Virus record (IMG/VR): IMGVR_UViG_3300017956_000007
Location: 20,466 to 84,465 of that record
Origin: a virus
Strand: one strand, 5' to 3'
Length of the DNA stretch: 64,000 nucleotides
Positions 10,259-20,390 of this stretch are shown here, in pieces. The position numbers were made by a program, and so were the translations under genes. Position 1 is the first letter of the stretch. Every line of letters starts with the position of its first letter. Under the pieces are notes generated by a model. That model ran no database searches. It saw only the letters and a program-made list of their open reading frames with translations, and was not told where the DNA came from.

Positions 10259-13200
10259 TATTTTATTTCCACGTCTAAAACGGTTGTTTGTAAAATTTTA
10301 AAGCCTCTTTTTAATGTCATTCCTCTATCAGAATCAACTTTCATTTTTTCTATGCTGTACACTGGATTTTTAACCGCAGAAAATATATAATTAGAATCAC
10401 CAGGTTCTGTTGCTGATAATGTGTCAACCGGTGTAAAATCAACATTAAAAAATTCTCTACCATTTTCAAATGTTGTACTAACTGAAGGAGGATTTTTTAA
10501 AAGGAAACTATTTGTTCCTTGCGTTAATGTAAATTCTGATTTACCATTATCGACATCTTCTTGTGATAATTTAAATGCCGATGTTAATACCGTTGGAGAC
10601 ATATTAATTGTTCTGCCTTGTATTTTATTTATTATTTCAATTTCATCGCTCGAAAACAAATGTGAATCATTTGCAAATATAACTCTAATTTTCGAATTAC
10701 CTGGAATAATTGCAGATTCTGCATCGACAAATTCATTGTTAGTATTTTGAACTCTAATATCATACACATACGGTTTTATTTTATCAGAAATAGTTCTACT
10801 ATCTCCTTCTCCTAATAACTGTTCTATAAGAGATTCTAATGGTGAGCCTTCCACCAAAGATCTTGCAAAATTTGTACTAAAATCTTGTGCTAGTTTAAAA
10901 TTATTTACAAATTTATTAAATCCTTTTGAATCAGTTCCAGAAGCATAAAAAACTATTGCAATAGTGTATTTTAAATCATCTAAATCTTGGGCAGATAATA
11001 CAGTAGGGGTATCACTAGATTTATCTGCCGGAACTAAAACAGGTTTTAGTGTTTCAGTAGTCACTGTTTCCTCAATTCCAGTGATTGGATTTATTACTGT
11101 TGAATTTACCTTTACAGTTTCTATTTCCATGCTAGGAAATGGATTTGCTTTCTTTTGTAAAAATTTTGCATTAACCAATTTTGTTTTGAATTCATTCACC
11201 CCTCCAAAACCACTTAAAGATAAAGTATATAATCCATTTGCATTCAATCCTTGTGTCAAAACAGTTAAAGCATCTAAAATTAATTTATTTGTATCATTTA
11301 ACCATTTTATAAAATCTTCTATAAAATTTAATGCCTCATCAATTAATCCCAAAGGCTCTTCAATCCAGCCTCTTACAGTACTTGTTAATCCATAAATTCT
11401 ATCTATTAATCTCCCGTAAACAGGTAAAAACTCAGCAATTGTAAAATAATTCCAGTTAGGGGGTATTGATGAATCTTGCTCGGAAAATAAATCAAAAAAA
11501 ACATTTGATGTACCATCTTCTTTAGTATTGAAAAAATCGAACCAGTCCGTTTTACCATTTGGAACTTTTACTGCATTGTCCAACAGAGAGGAAGAATCAT
11601 CTATAGATTTATCCGCTATCATTCTACCCAATTTCACCTGAATTTTATTCATACCTATAATTTGTCTATCAACTTTTTCCTTTGACTTTCTCTCAGGAAC
11701 TGAATACCTGAATAATTCAACATTTCCTCTATTATCGGCAACGTTAGTTGAATTTCCTTTATCATCAATAATATTAACTTCTTTAATGTGAAGATTTGTT
11801 CCCATTCCAGGAATTAATTTTTTCAACGATTGCCAATTAAACGCAGAATTATCTTTCTTCAAATCCTCAGTGTCCACAGTACTCTCAAGTTCATCTGAAC
11901 CCAAAAAAGGATGATTTACTTGCATACCAGGAACTAATTTATTCTTAACAAATTCATTCATTAAAAAAACAAAGTCTTCATCATATAAATCTGGTCTGTT
12001 GTAAATATCTTCTCCGTTCTGTGCCAATTTTGCAAATTTTCTAACCCTAGGATCATTAGGAAAAACTTCTTCTAATGCTAAATTAGAAGAAGTAACTGTA
12101 CCCGCAGCTGAACCAACCGGTTTGATGGATGTTTGATCCGAATCGCCAGGTAAAAACATAGGAGACATTAAAATATCTCCATCATTAATATTTTTTCTAA
12201 TCGTACCTGGATTTGAACTATCTCTAGTAGAATGGTTCAATAACAATTCGCCATCTACATTTTTCACCTGAACGGTATTAGATATGACTTCATTATTGAC
12301 AATAATGATAGGATTATGTTTCACAACGGTGGCGGAAAAACTTTTTTGAAATAAACCTTCATTAGTTTGAACAATTTTATCGCCTTTTTTAAACATTGGT
12401 ATTGTAACGGGTTCATCTGTAATTTTATAAGTTCCATCTTTAACTTTTTTAATTTTTACATCATTGAACCAATATCTGCTTACTTGATCAGTTTTATTTC
12501 TCAACTGAACAGGACTACCTAAATTAATCGTCTGAGTTTGTTCTTCTTTGTCTGAAATTACTTTTCCATCCTCTGGAGTTAAAATTTCGAATATTCCTGC
12601 TAAAAAATTTGCCAAAGAATTTATTACTTTATTCACTCCACTAAAAGAAGGCAAAGTCGCTAAAATGACAAGTGATGAATACTCGCCTGTTCCTGTCGGT
12701 CTATTACTATCATTACTATCATCAAATGATTTAATGATATGATCTATTGCTTCTTTTGGGGTAAGTTCTCTCTTATTTAAAAATGTAGACAAATAACCAA
12801 GTGCTTCTCCTATTAATGAATCTGCCCATGTTGATGAATCTAAATCCAAAAAATTTTTTAGTGACTGATAACTTTCTAAAACATTTTCTCTAAGTTGTGA
12901 TGAAGATTGAGCTGGTTGTTGGATAAAGGATTTCGAATCAATTAATCTAGAAGTTCCTGAACGTATTGAACTAGATATTCCAAAAGGTTTTTCTACTCCC
13001 ATCTCAATTTCAAATCCTGAAATGCCTGCTTTATATTCACTGGGTAATGTTACACCGGCCAAATCAGAAATTGCATCTGTTACTGATGCTGTATTTACAC
13101 CAGAAACTATTTGATTAAGTACAGAATTTGCAGTTTGTACATTAGTGACCTCATTAAAATCAATTCCTGTTCCTAGAGGAACCTCAAAATTTTCTTCAAT

Positions 13201-13632
13201 TCTCAATGATTCTTCAATAGATTCATCCGTTCTCAATGATTCTTCAATAGATTCATCCGTTGATTTACTTTTTAAATATTCTTCAAATTTTTTAAATGCA
13301 ATCAATAACTGAGAAAAATTTACAGGTTCAGGAACTGTTCCTACCTCCCAAGGATAAACTGTTAGAATTCCAGCACCAATATTTTTTAATTCATTGATAT
13401 AAGATTGTAAACTATCTATAACAGGTAATAAAATTAACTCTAGAGGACTTTTTATGGCTTTTAAAAATACTGAAGCAATATCTAAAAATCTACTAATATC
13501 TTCAATAATATCTGCCAAATTATCTGAGAATTCATATGCATTTTGTACAAATTGATTGACAGGACCTTCAAGATTTAAAATTTGATCTCGTTGAACAAAA
13601 TTACTTCCATCAGCGTTTGGTAAAACTGCCAT
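10258..13632 (-). CDS. Hypothetical large protein (1124 aa), probably structural
   Basis: Long intact ORF translationally coupled to its neighbours within the baseplate operon; amphipathic helical N-terminal and late segments; no family recognised. Confidence 0.7.
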   Translation of the reverse strand: MAVLPNADGSNFVQRDQILNLEGPVNQFVQNAYEFSDNLADIIEDISRFLDIASVFLKAIKSPLELILLPVIDSLQSYINELKNIGAGILTVYPWEVGTVPEPVNFSQLLIAFKKFEEYLKSKSTDESIEESLRTDESIEESLRIEENFEVPLGTGIDFNEVTNVQTANSVLNQIVSGVNTASVTDAISDLAGVTLPSEYKAGISGFEIEMGVEKPFGISSSIRSGTSRLIDSKSFIQQPAQSSSQLRENVLESYQSLKNFLDLDSSTWADSLIGEALGYLSTFLNKRELTPKEAIDHIIKSFDDSNDSNRPTGTGEYSSLVILATLPSFSGVNKVINSLANFLAGIFEILTPEDGKVISDKEEQTQTINLGSPVQLRNKTDQVSRYWFNDVKIKKVKDGTYKITDEPVTIPMFKKGDKIVQTNEGLFQKSFSATVVKHNPIIIVNNEVISNTVQVKNVDGELLLNHSTRDSSNPGTIRKNINDGDILMSPMFLPGDSDQTSIKPVGSAAGTVTSSNLALEEVFPNDPRVRKFAKLAQNGEDIYNRPDLYDEDFVFLMNEFVKNKLVPGMQVNHPFLGSDELESTVDTEDLKKDNSAFNWQSLKKLIPGMGTNLHIKEVNIIDDKGNSTNVADNRGNVELFRYSVPERKSKEKVDRQIIGMNKIQVKLGRMIADKSIDDSSSLLDNAVKVPNGKTDWFDFFNTKEDGTSNVFFDLFSEQDSSIPPNWNYFTIAEFLPVYGRLIDRIYGLTSTVRGWIEEPLGLIDEALNFIEDFIKWLNDTNKLILDALTVLTQGLNANGLYTLSLSGFGGVNEFKTKLVNAKFLQKKANPFPSMEIETVKVNSTVINPITGIEETVTTETLKPVLVPADKSSDTPTVLSAQDLDDLKYTIAIVFYASGTDSKGFNKFVNNFKLAQDFSTNFARSLVEGSPLESLIEQLLGEGDSRTISDKIKPYVYDIRVQNTNNEFVDAESAIIPGNSKIRVIFANDSHLFSSDEIEIINKIQGRTINMSPTVLTSAFKLSQEDVDNGKSEFTLTQGTNSFLLKNPPSVSTTFENGREFFNVDFTPVDTLSATEPGDSNYIFSAVKNPVYSIEKMKVDSDRGMTLKRGFKILQTTVLDVEIK
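13200..13261. repeat. Perfect in-frame 30-bp tandem duplication (TDESIEESLR x2)
   Basis: tctcaatgattcttcaatagattcatccgt at both 13201-13230 and 13231-13260. Confidence 0.97.
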
Positions 13633-13792
13633 TTTCTTTTGCCTTTTCTAATACTTTTTTATGCTCATTTAATAATTTTAAAAGACTATTATTGAATTCT
13701 AAAGTTTTATTAAATATTTCTACTAATTGATTATTATACAAAGTTTTATTTTCAAAAAAATTTTCTGTTAGTTGTTGTTTTTTTTCTTCCAT
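13610..13792 (-). CDS. Small hypothetical coiled-coil protein
   Basis: 60 aa helical ORF filling the gap directly after gp5, co-oriented. Confidence 0.65.
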   Translation of the reverse strand: MEEKKQQLTENFFENKTLYNNQLVEIFNKTLEFNNSLLKLLNEHKKVLEKAKENGSFTKR

Positions 13793-13797
13793 AAATT

Positions 13798-15846
13798 TTA
13801 ATTCAAAAATGTTGATAGTTCTTGTTTTATTGCCGTAAATGCAGAACTATTAATTGGAGGACCACTTGGTCCACTAGGAGTTGTGACTGTTAAACTGTTT
13901 ATGGCATCTAACAACTTATCTACAATACCTTTTAATGAAGATGTTTGATTTTTTATACTAATGCGACCATCATTACCTATACTAATATTAGCTAAAAGAT
14001 TTTGTAAATTAATTTTTCCTCCTAAAGAATTTAAATCTATACTGCTACCACTAGACACAGAAAAAGAAGATGTAGGTCCATTTAAATTAAACTCAGCATT
14101 TCCCAATCTAGATTCCACTCTAACCCCCTGACCTCCTATTTTTAACCCGGTGTAAGTTGGAGTTAAAATTCCCTCATCATCTTCATCAAAAGAATGTTTT
14201 AAAATAATATCTCTTAATGGATTAACTACGTAATGCATTAAATTACCAGTTGATGCGGATTCTACTTTAGCATTACTGCCTAATAGATTGTTATAAGTTT
14301 CTGAAGCCTTACCTAATACAGTTTTTATGTATTTGTCATCTATTGTATTATTAAAAACACCAAGAACATTTTGATCTAGTTGACCGGCATTAACACCCAT
14401 AGATCCTAATGTTTTTAATGCAAATTGTTGAACATTATCGAAATTTATAATTGGTGAATTTTTTACTTCTAGATTAAATTTTTCGAAAGTTTGAGTTAAT
14501 AAATCTTCATTGCCATCCTGTCTCGTATGAAGAATTTTTTTTGCTTTAAGTATTATATTTTCACCAGCAGTTATCATAATGTTACCCGAATCAGATTTTA
14601 TCTCATAATTACCTTTACCTTTAATTCTAAAAATAGAATTTGTAGTCGCTCCACGGCTATTGATTAATATGTTTTGATTACCTCCAACATTCTTAATTTC
14701 ATTACCCATTATGAAAGATTCAAAATTAGAATCAGTAGTTAAATAATATCTTCCGATTACATTATCTATTCTAGAACCATCATTTTGAAAATCTATAAAA
14801 CTAGTGCTTCTATGTAAAATTCTAATTCTTTCTTTATTTGGTGTATCATCCATCTCAAAAGCATGGCCGCTCTCCGTATATGTAACATGATTAAACGGGT
14901 ATTCAGGATCATAACAATTTACTGGTACTGAAATTGTGACTTTTGGATCAGCAGTTAAAATTCCTGTATGCAAATTTCTACGATATTCATCAATCATATT
15001 ATTGACGCCATATAAAGATTTATAAATTTCAGAAAAAGGATTTAAAGTCGTTTGATACTCTTCTGAATCAGATTCTACCGGATTATCTTTATAATAACGA
15101 TCAGTTTTTAATTTAAGTCTTTGCTTAGTGAATGATAATAAAGGTATCGAAGGAAAACTATATAACATTTTACCTTCATCGTCAAATTCCATAAAATTTT
15201 CATTAGGATTTGATGAATAAGTTTGTAAGGATGCTCTTACAAAATCATCGTTTGTTTGCTTCACAATTGCAATTGCTTTATCAGAAACGCTGTCATATTC
15301 ATAATATAATTTCGAACCAGTTTTTGCATACGTATTTTCTCCTCTAAAATAATAAACTTTATCAACATTTTCATGAAAATCTACTATATGACCCGGCTTG
15401 CCATCTCTTGTTCGATCTATATAAAAAGGAGGATAAGGATACATTGTTTTATCTTCAAAAGATCTAGGATCAAAAAAACCTTTTCTTCTATTAGCCATGA
15501 CAGAAGGTATGCCTACACAAGACCCTAGAACAACAGGTTCTTGTCCTTCTTTACCATCTCTAAAAAAACCAAAAACATGAGATCCTTCTATTAAACCTAC
15601 AGGAGTCGTACCAATACCAGATATACCTGAAGAAGTGATTGGACTAATAACTTGTGCCCATGGCAATTCATCTGTTGGAATTTCATCCTTATTATCTGTA
15701 TGAAATCCTATACATCTTACTTTTAATCTGCCTAAATATAATGGATCTTTTCTGTCCTCGACAACACCATACCACCAAACAAAGTCAGACAAACCTGCAA
15801 AATCTTGGTTATCAATTTGATTTAAAATTTGTGATAATTTTTCCAT
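13798..15846 (-). CDS. gp5: Baseplate hub/central spike gp5 without a recognisable lysozyme domain
   Basis: Gp5 OB fold FVWWYGVVEDRKDPLYLGRLKVRCIGFH..LPWAQV..GFFRDG..QEPVVLG; YPFNHVTYTESGHAFEMDDTP..ERI motif; beta-helix-like C-terminal half. Confidence 0.93.
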   Translation of the reverse strand: MEKLSQILNQIDNQDFAGLSDFVWWYGVVEDRKDPLYLGRLKVRCIGFHTDNKDEIPTDELPWAQVISPITSSGISGIGTTPVGLIEGSHVFGFFRDGKEGQEPVVLGSCVGIPSVMANRRKGFFDPRSFEDKTMYPYPPFYIDRTRDGKPGHIVDFHENVDKVYYFRGENTYAKTGSKLYYEYDSVSDKAIAIVKQTNDDFVRASLQTYSSNPNENFMEFDDEGKMLYSFPSIPLLSFTKQRLKLKTDRYYKDNPVESDSEEYQTTLNPFSEIYKSLYGVNNMIDEYRRNLHTGILTADPKVTISVPVNCYDPEYPFNHVTYTESGHAFEMDDTPNKERIRILHRSTSFIDFQNDGSRIDNVIGRYYLTTDSNFESFIMGNEIKNVGGNQNILINSRGATTNSIFRIKGKGNYEIKSDSGNIMITAGENIILKAKKILHTRQDGNEDLLTQTFEKFNLEVKNSPIINFDNVQQFALKTLGSMGVNAGQLDQNVLGVFNNTIDDKYIKTVLGKASETYNNLLGSNAKVESASTGNLMHYVVNPLRDIILKHSFDEDDEGILTPTYTGLKIGGQGVRVESRLGNAEFNLNGPTSSFSVSSGSSIDLNSLGGKINLQNLLANISIGNDGRISIKNQTSSLKGIVDKLLDAINSLTVTTPSGPSGPPINSSAFTAIKQELSTFLN

Positions 15847-17654
15847 TAATCTAAAACCTCTTGATTTGTGCCAGGCTTAACTGGCAAAGTAGATGGATTT
15901 GTTAATTTATTGGAATTTATTGAACCAGAATAAATTTCCTCATCATCAGGAATTTCATACTCCGTTAATGCCTGAGAATAACTTTCAACTGGCTGTAAAG
16001 TATTAAATAAAGAATCTTTCACTAGTTCCATTTCTGTTCTATATTTTGAATCTTGAGTAATTGTATGTCTTATTTTTGTTATCAAATAATTGCCTTGATA
16101 AAAGGTGTGTTCATCAGATCCACCTACACTTGAGTAATACATTGATGGTATTTTTAATCTAACAATTTCACCTATTTTTCTATTTTGATCTCCTGATACT
16201 TTTATTTGTATAATTATATTTTTTAACATTCTTTTTTGTGCATTTGAGGTCAATAAGTATCTTTCTACCTGATTATCAAAAGTTGAAAATTTTGTAGTAT
16301 TTCCTGTTAAAATTCCTCTCAACAAATTTATATTTCTTTTTTGAGAATGTCCAAAATTTGTAAATTTTAATTTGTATGATGCATCAGCACCCTTTAAGGC
16401 AATATGATTACTAGATGTTAAAGGTGCGTTAAATATACCATCTCCCTCTGTAACATGTCTAAAATCATAAAAATCAACAAGATAATTATACTCATATTCA
16501 AAAATTCCACCTCTATAATCAAATATTTTTTTTACATTATCTGTTCTACCTCTTGAAATTTCAGATATTGAAGGAAGTTTTATTCTGTCAATGTTTTCAC
16601 CTATTGTTTGTGTTATAGGATCATATGTTAATAATTTCGATCCATACATACCTCCAACCAAATTAGAAATCACATCAAATGTAGATAAAAATTTATATGA
16701 TTGAACTGAAATATCGCTTGCGGAAAAACTATATCCAAAATTATTTTGAGGCACAATAACATATGTTGCCATCGGAACTCTCACCGAACTCGCAACCGAT
16801 GATACATTTACTCTTAACTTGTTCTTATTTTCTCTTAAAGATGAAGAAACATTTTGAGAATCCAAACCTTTTTCTTCATATATCTCATCCAATGAATTTT
16901 CAGCAAATTCGGCAGCACTATTTGATCTTAGAGGATTTAATAGATCCCCAATAGACTTAAACCAAAAACCCATACTATTTTCGTAAAAAACAAAAGAACT
17001 AAAATTTCTAGATTCTAAATTTGTATCAATATTTTTAACGTTTATTGGAGTTGCTTTTCTAGCCAACATATTTATTGCCTGAAAAGGTCTAATTCTAGGA
17101 AATACTATGTGATTTAAATAAAAAGATGAATCTGAATCTCCAACCTTATCGAAATATAAAGGTTTACGATTTTTTGTTACATTTTTTGCTATGTAAGTAT
17201 CATATATACTTGAAACTATTTCAGATGCGGTTTTTGCCTTATAAGATTTTGAAACTTTATTTTTTAAATTAATAATATATTCTTCCGAAATAAAAAATAA
17301 AGTATACATCTGTATTCTATCTCGAATCATTTTTTCGGACATCTTATAAACTATGTAAGTACCTTCAAATTTATTTGCCGGAATTCTTTTATTAAAAAAA
17401 GAAATTTTTATTTTTTCTTGACCTATGATAGGTAATCTTTCTTCCCATCCAGCCGAATCTGAAAAAGTTATATCACCATTAACAACATTATCCTCAAATA
17501 ATGATTCATAAATGTTTATTTCAGTGAATAACGATGGTCCTACCTTGAACTCTACATTTTTATAATTATAGAATGAAATGTCATAATCGCATTCATTTTC
17601 ATAATTTTGTAAAGTATTTGTAGAGTTGTCTAAATTAGTTAATTGCTGTGTCAT
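15846..17654 (-). CDS. Baseplate hub protein (gp27-like)
   Basis: EINIYESLF..GDITFSDS..LPIIGQEKIKI at the N-terminus; IKVSGD..IGEIV.L.IP..GNYLITKIRHTI..TEMELVKDS at the C-terminus; between gp53 and gp5. Confidence 0.8.
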   Translation of the reverse strand: MTQQLTNLDNSTNTLQNYENECDYDISFYNYKNVEFKVGPSLFTEINIYESLFEDNVVNGDITFSDSAGWEERLPIIGQEKIKISFFNKRIPANKFEGTYIVYKMSEKMIRDRIQMYTLFFISEEYIINLKNKVSKSYKAKTASEIVSSIYDTYIAKNVTKNRKPLYFDKVGDSDSSFYLNHIVFPRIRPFQAINMLARKATPINVKNIDTNLESRNFSSFVFYENSMGFWFKSIGDLLNPLRSNSAAEFAENSLDEIYEEKGLDSQNVSSSLRENKNKLRVNVSSVASSVRVPMATYVIVPQNNFGYSFSASDISVQSYKFLSTFDVISNLVGGMYGSKLLTYDPITQTIGENIDRIKLPSISEISRGRTDNVKKIFDYRGGIFEYEYNYLVDFYDFRHVTEGDGIFNAPLTSSNHIALKGADASYKLKFTNFGHSQKRNINLLRGILTGNTTKFSTFDNQVERYLLTSNAQKRMLKNIIIQIKVSGDQNRKIGEIVRLKIPSMYYSSVGGSDEHTFYQGNYLITKIRHTITQDSKYRTEMELVKDSLFNTLQPVESYSQALTEYEIPDDEEIYSGSINSNKLTNPSTLPVKPGTNQEVLD

Positions 17655-18233
17655 TTAATACAAATTCCTAAATTCTTTTTCTATCTGTGAAACATAAGAT
17701 TTATCGATAAGAATTATATTTCTTTTTTTCTCATTTTCTATGATCTCATAATCATAATTTGTCACTGCATTTTTAAGACCACTATCGGTTTCTAAATAAC
17801 TTTGTTCATCAATAATTACTTTTTTTTCTAAAATTCTTTTATAAGATCCGTCTACCAAAATTTGAGTTTCTTGTCTAAGAATTTTTTCATAATGATGAAT
17901 GGATGTTTGCGCTTGCTCAACAGAACCGTATTTAGAAGAAATGTAATTAGTTAAAGATATACCAAATAATGGCCAATCATAATGTACATCAATTATATCA
18001 TTGGCAAGTAAAATAATCCAAGTAAATCTAACATTACCATAATAATCATATGATATTGAATCAGGTCTCTCGTAATCTTTAATAATGTAAGGATAAAAAG
18101 ATGTTAAATTTTTCTTGACCAGATCTCTTAATTTTACTCTATTCATCACATTCACTGAACTTGTTGTGATTATTGGTAATTGCTTTTCTATGTTGTAATT
18201 AATTTTTGAATAATTTTTAAAAAATTCAGACAT
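17655..18233 (-). CDS. gp53: Baseplate wedge subunit gp53
   Basis: Y.IKDYERPDSISYDYYG..WIILLANDIIDVHYDWPL..IHHYE..NYDYEIIENEKKRNI. Confidence 0.93.
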   Translation of the reverse strand: MSEFFKNYSKINYNIEKQLPIITTSSVNVMNRVKLRDLVKKNLTSFYPYIIKDYERPDSISYDYYGNVRFTWIILLANDIIDVHYDWPLFGISLTNYISSKYGSVEQAQTSIHHYEKILRQETQILVDGSYKRILEKKVIIDEQSYLETDSGLKNAVTNYDYEIIENEKKRNIILIDKSYVSQIEKEFRNLY

Positions 18234-19411
18234 TAATATCCTTGTGCAGCAAATTGATTGTTCAACGCAAAATTTTCTTTAAAAGAAATACTTAATGAAA
18301 TATTAGTCGGGTATGATTGATCTTCAAAAAATGTATTGCCATATTTAACCGATAATGATTCCAAAACCGATTGTCCTATTTTAAATAGATACTCATTTCC
18401 TGTTGTTTCACCATCTAAATCATAAAAAGTTATTGTATATACGTTTGGAAATTTAAAAAATTGAGAAGGCATTGTTGCTGTGTTTGTCGTTGTTATAGTT
18501 TTGGATTTTTTATTTTCTGTTGACATTGACGCTAAATCATTTTTATCAACATCAGTTAAAGAATCGTCTTGTATATCTGTAGTAATTACCTCATCTCTTT
18601 CATGTTTACCTAGAGAAGGTAACATGCCTTTTTTTAAATTTGATATAATTTTTATTGCATTTTTCGCATCATCCGCACTTCTTGGTTTAAATTCAAAATT
18701 AAATGAATGTTGTCTTAAATTTCTCACTCCATTGAATGATAATGCCGCATATGGATTTATTTGTCTTCTCATTGATTGAGCTGCGATGTCTACAGTTGAA
18801 GCATCGAATGCAGGAGATAAAAAAGTTGCACCTGCAGTTATGGCATTATATTTGATTCTATCAGTAAAATTATTCATATAGGCATCTAATGCTTTTTCAG
18901 TGTATGGAGATAATGATTGCCATACATCTCCATATAATTCTTTAGTTTTTTCCCAAAAAGAATCATTACTATTAGTGTAATTATTATATGCTTGTTGAAG
19001 TCTATTTCTATCAGTAGAAGAAAATTGTTCAAATGCTTTACCTATTAAGCCTAATTCTACGTTCTGATAATCTGCGACATAACTAGTATTTAATGATCCT
19101 GATGGTAAAAATAAAACATAAGAATTTAAACTTTGATAAGATTCACTTGTATTACTGGATGTAAGATAACTACTAATTTCAAAAGAATTGTCCTCTAAAA
19201 AATTTGTCAATCCATTATACGGATCATTTTGTTTTTCTTGTTCTAATAATCTATACTCCCTTATAATCATAAAATGATGAAGTCCTTCAGATTTATCTCC
19301 TATATTTTTAGGGTATCTATATACATTCTTACTTGTGACTAATTTTTGTATATAACTTATATAACCAGTAGGGTCATTGTTTGTTGATAAAGTAGATACC
19401 CCTTTTTCCAT
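18233..19411 (-). CDS. gp48: Baseplate tail-tube cap gp48-like protein, paralogue 1
   Basis: YRYP..; LFLP..L.TSY..Y; INPY..L.F.G..LRQHSFNFEFKPRSADDA..II..LK..MLP; F.FPNVYTI; L.ISFKE. Confidence 0.8.
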   Translation of the reverse strand: MEKGVSTLSTNNDPTGYISYIQKLVTSKNVYRYPKNIGDKSEGLHHFMIIREYRLLEQEKQNDPYNGLTNFLEDNSFEISSYLTSSNTSESYQSLNSYVLFLPSGSLNTSYVADYQNVELGLIGKAFEQFSSTDRNRLQQAYNNYTNSNDSFWEKTKELYGDVWQSLSPYTEKALDAYMNNFTDRIKYNAITAGATFLSPAFDASTVDIAAQSMRRQINPYAALSFNGVRNLRQHSFNFEFKPRSADDAKNAIKIISNLKKGMLPSLGKHERDEVITTDIQDDSLTDVDKNDLASMSTENKKSKTITTTNTATMPSQFFKFPNVYTITFYDLDGETTGNEYLFKIGQSVLESLSVKYGNTFFEDQSYPTNISLSISFKENFALNNQFAAQGY

Positions 19412-20349
19412 TATGCCCCCTCTTCTAGAATTTGATTATAATCACTCTCACATCTCTCTCTAGTATAGATGACAGTTTCTTTTAAGTTTAGAGTTAAATT
19501 AACCGAATGCGGAGAATTATTTTCCTCGTGAAAAACTGGTTGAGGTGTATCACCAGAATATGTTACATCAAATTTTGTCATAACAGCATCTTCAATTTTG
19601 AACATCAAATTTCCTTTTTGCGAAGAAAAATTTTTTGTTGTGGGATAAAATCTAACACCAAAAACGTCTGGTAATAATTGAACACCATTATTTTCAAAAG
19701 TCATACCATTTAGAGACTCTGGACTAGTTACAAGATCTTGTGGTAACATGCTAGATTTGAATATTTGAATCACCCTATTTAGAGCAATAGAATCATTTTT
19801 ATTTTTGGGTACTAAATTGAAATTAAAAGAAAATTCTCTAAAACCAACTCCAGAAAAAGTTGAAGTCATAAATGGATTTTCTATTTTATTTTCATTATTC
19901 GTAAAAACTGCCCTAAGACCGGGTTTACCTTTTAAAGCCAATTCTGCTGCAATATTGAAAAAATTGGAACTATTGAAAGAACCTACTCCTTTTTTCAAAA
20001 TTCTTGTAGCATTGGATCTGATTTCATCAAATTTTTCACCACTTATATTACCTCGCAATGAACCTACAGCAGCAGCTCCCACTGCACCGAATGATGAAGT
20101 ATTATAACTCACATTCAATCCATCATTTAATTCTAAAGGTATAGGCAATGCAATAAAACCCTTTAATATCTTTGAATTTCCGGATCTTCTTTTTTTAATT
20201 GTAAATACACAAAATTTAGCACTTTCTCCTCCTGCGTTTGAGAAAATTAAATCAGAAGGAAATCTAGCAACATATGTAGAATCACCACTATCTGAAATTG
20301 GTAAATCAGTGACAATGTTTTTTAGTTTATCAGTCATTGATAAAGTCAT
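19411..20349 (-). CDS. gp48: Baseplate tail-tube cap gp48-like protein, paralogue 2
   Basis: IALPIP..L.DG..V.Y; ENPF...F.GV.FREFSFNFNLVPKN..DS..L..VI..FK..MLP; LTLNLKETVIYTR. Confidence 0.82.
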   Translation of the reverse strand: MTLSMTDKLKNIVTDLPISDSGDSTYVARFPSDLIFSNAGGESAKFCVFTIKKRRSGNSKILKGFIALPIPLELNDGLNVSYNTSSFGAVGAAAVGSLRGNISGEKFDEIRSNATRILKKGVGSFNSSNFFNIAAELALKGKPGLRAVFTNNENKIENPFMTSTFSGVGFREFSFNFNLVPKNKNDSIALNRVIQIFKSSMLPQDLVTSPESLNGMTFENNGVQLLPDVFGVRFYPTTKNFSSQKGNLMFKIEDAVMTKFDVTYSGDTPQPVFHEENNSPHSVNLTLNLKETVIYTRERCESDYNQILEEGA

Positions 20350-20377
20350 GTATTTCCTTATAGAATTTTTTGTTGTA

Positions 20378-20389
20378 ATATATATTTAG
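20378..20389. promoter_or_regulatory. Back-to-back T4-type late promoter candidates between gp48 and gp4
   Basis: CTAAATA on the - strand (20383-20389) facing gp48; ATATATA on the + strand (20378-20384) 6 nt before the gp4 ATG. Each differs by one base from the T4 late core ATAAATA. Confidence 0.6.
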
Positions 20390-20390
20390 T

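Noticed and set aside
8638-19411. Nested or antisense ORFs such as 8638-8826, 9853-10044, 10421-10750, 10964-11395, 12548-12742, 15654-15854, 16763-16954 and 18480-18779
   Set aside because: They lie within or almost entirely overlap well-supported structural genes and show no recognisable motifs.
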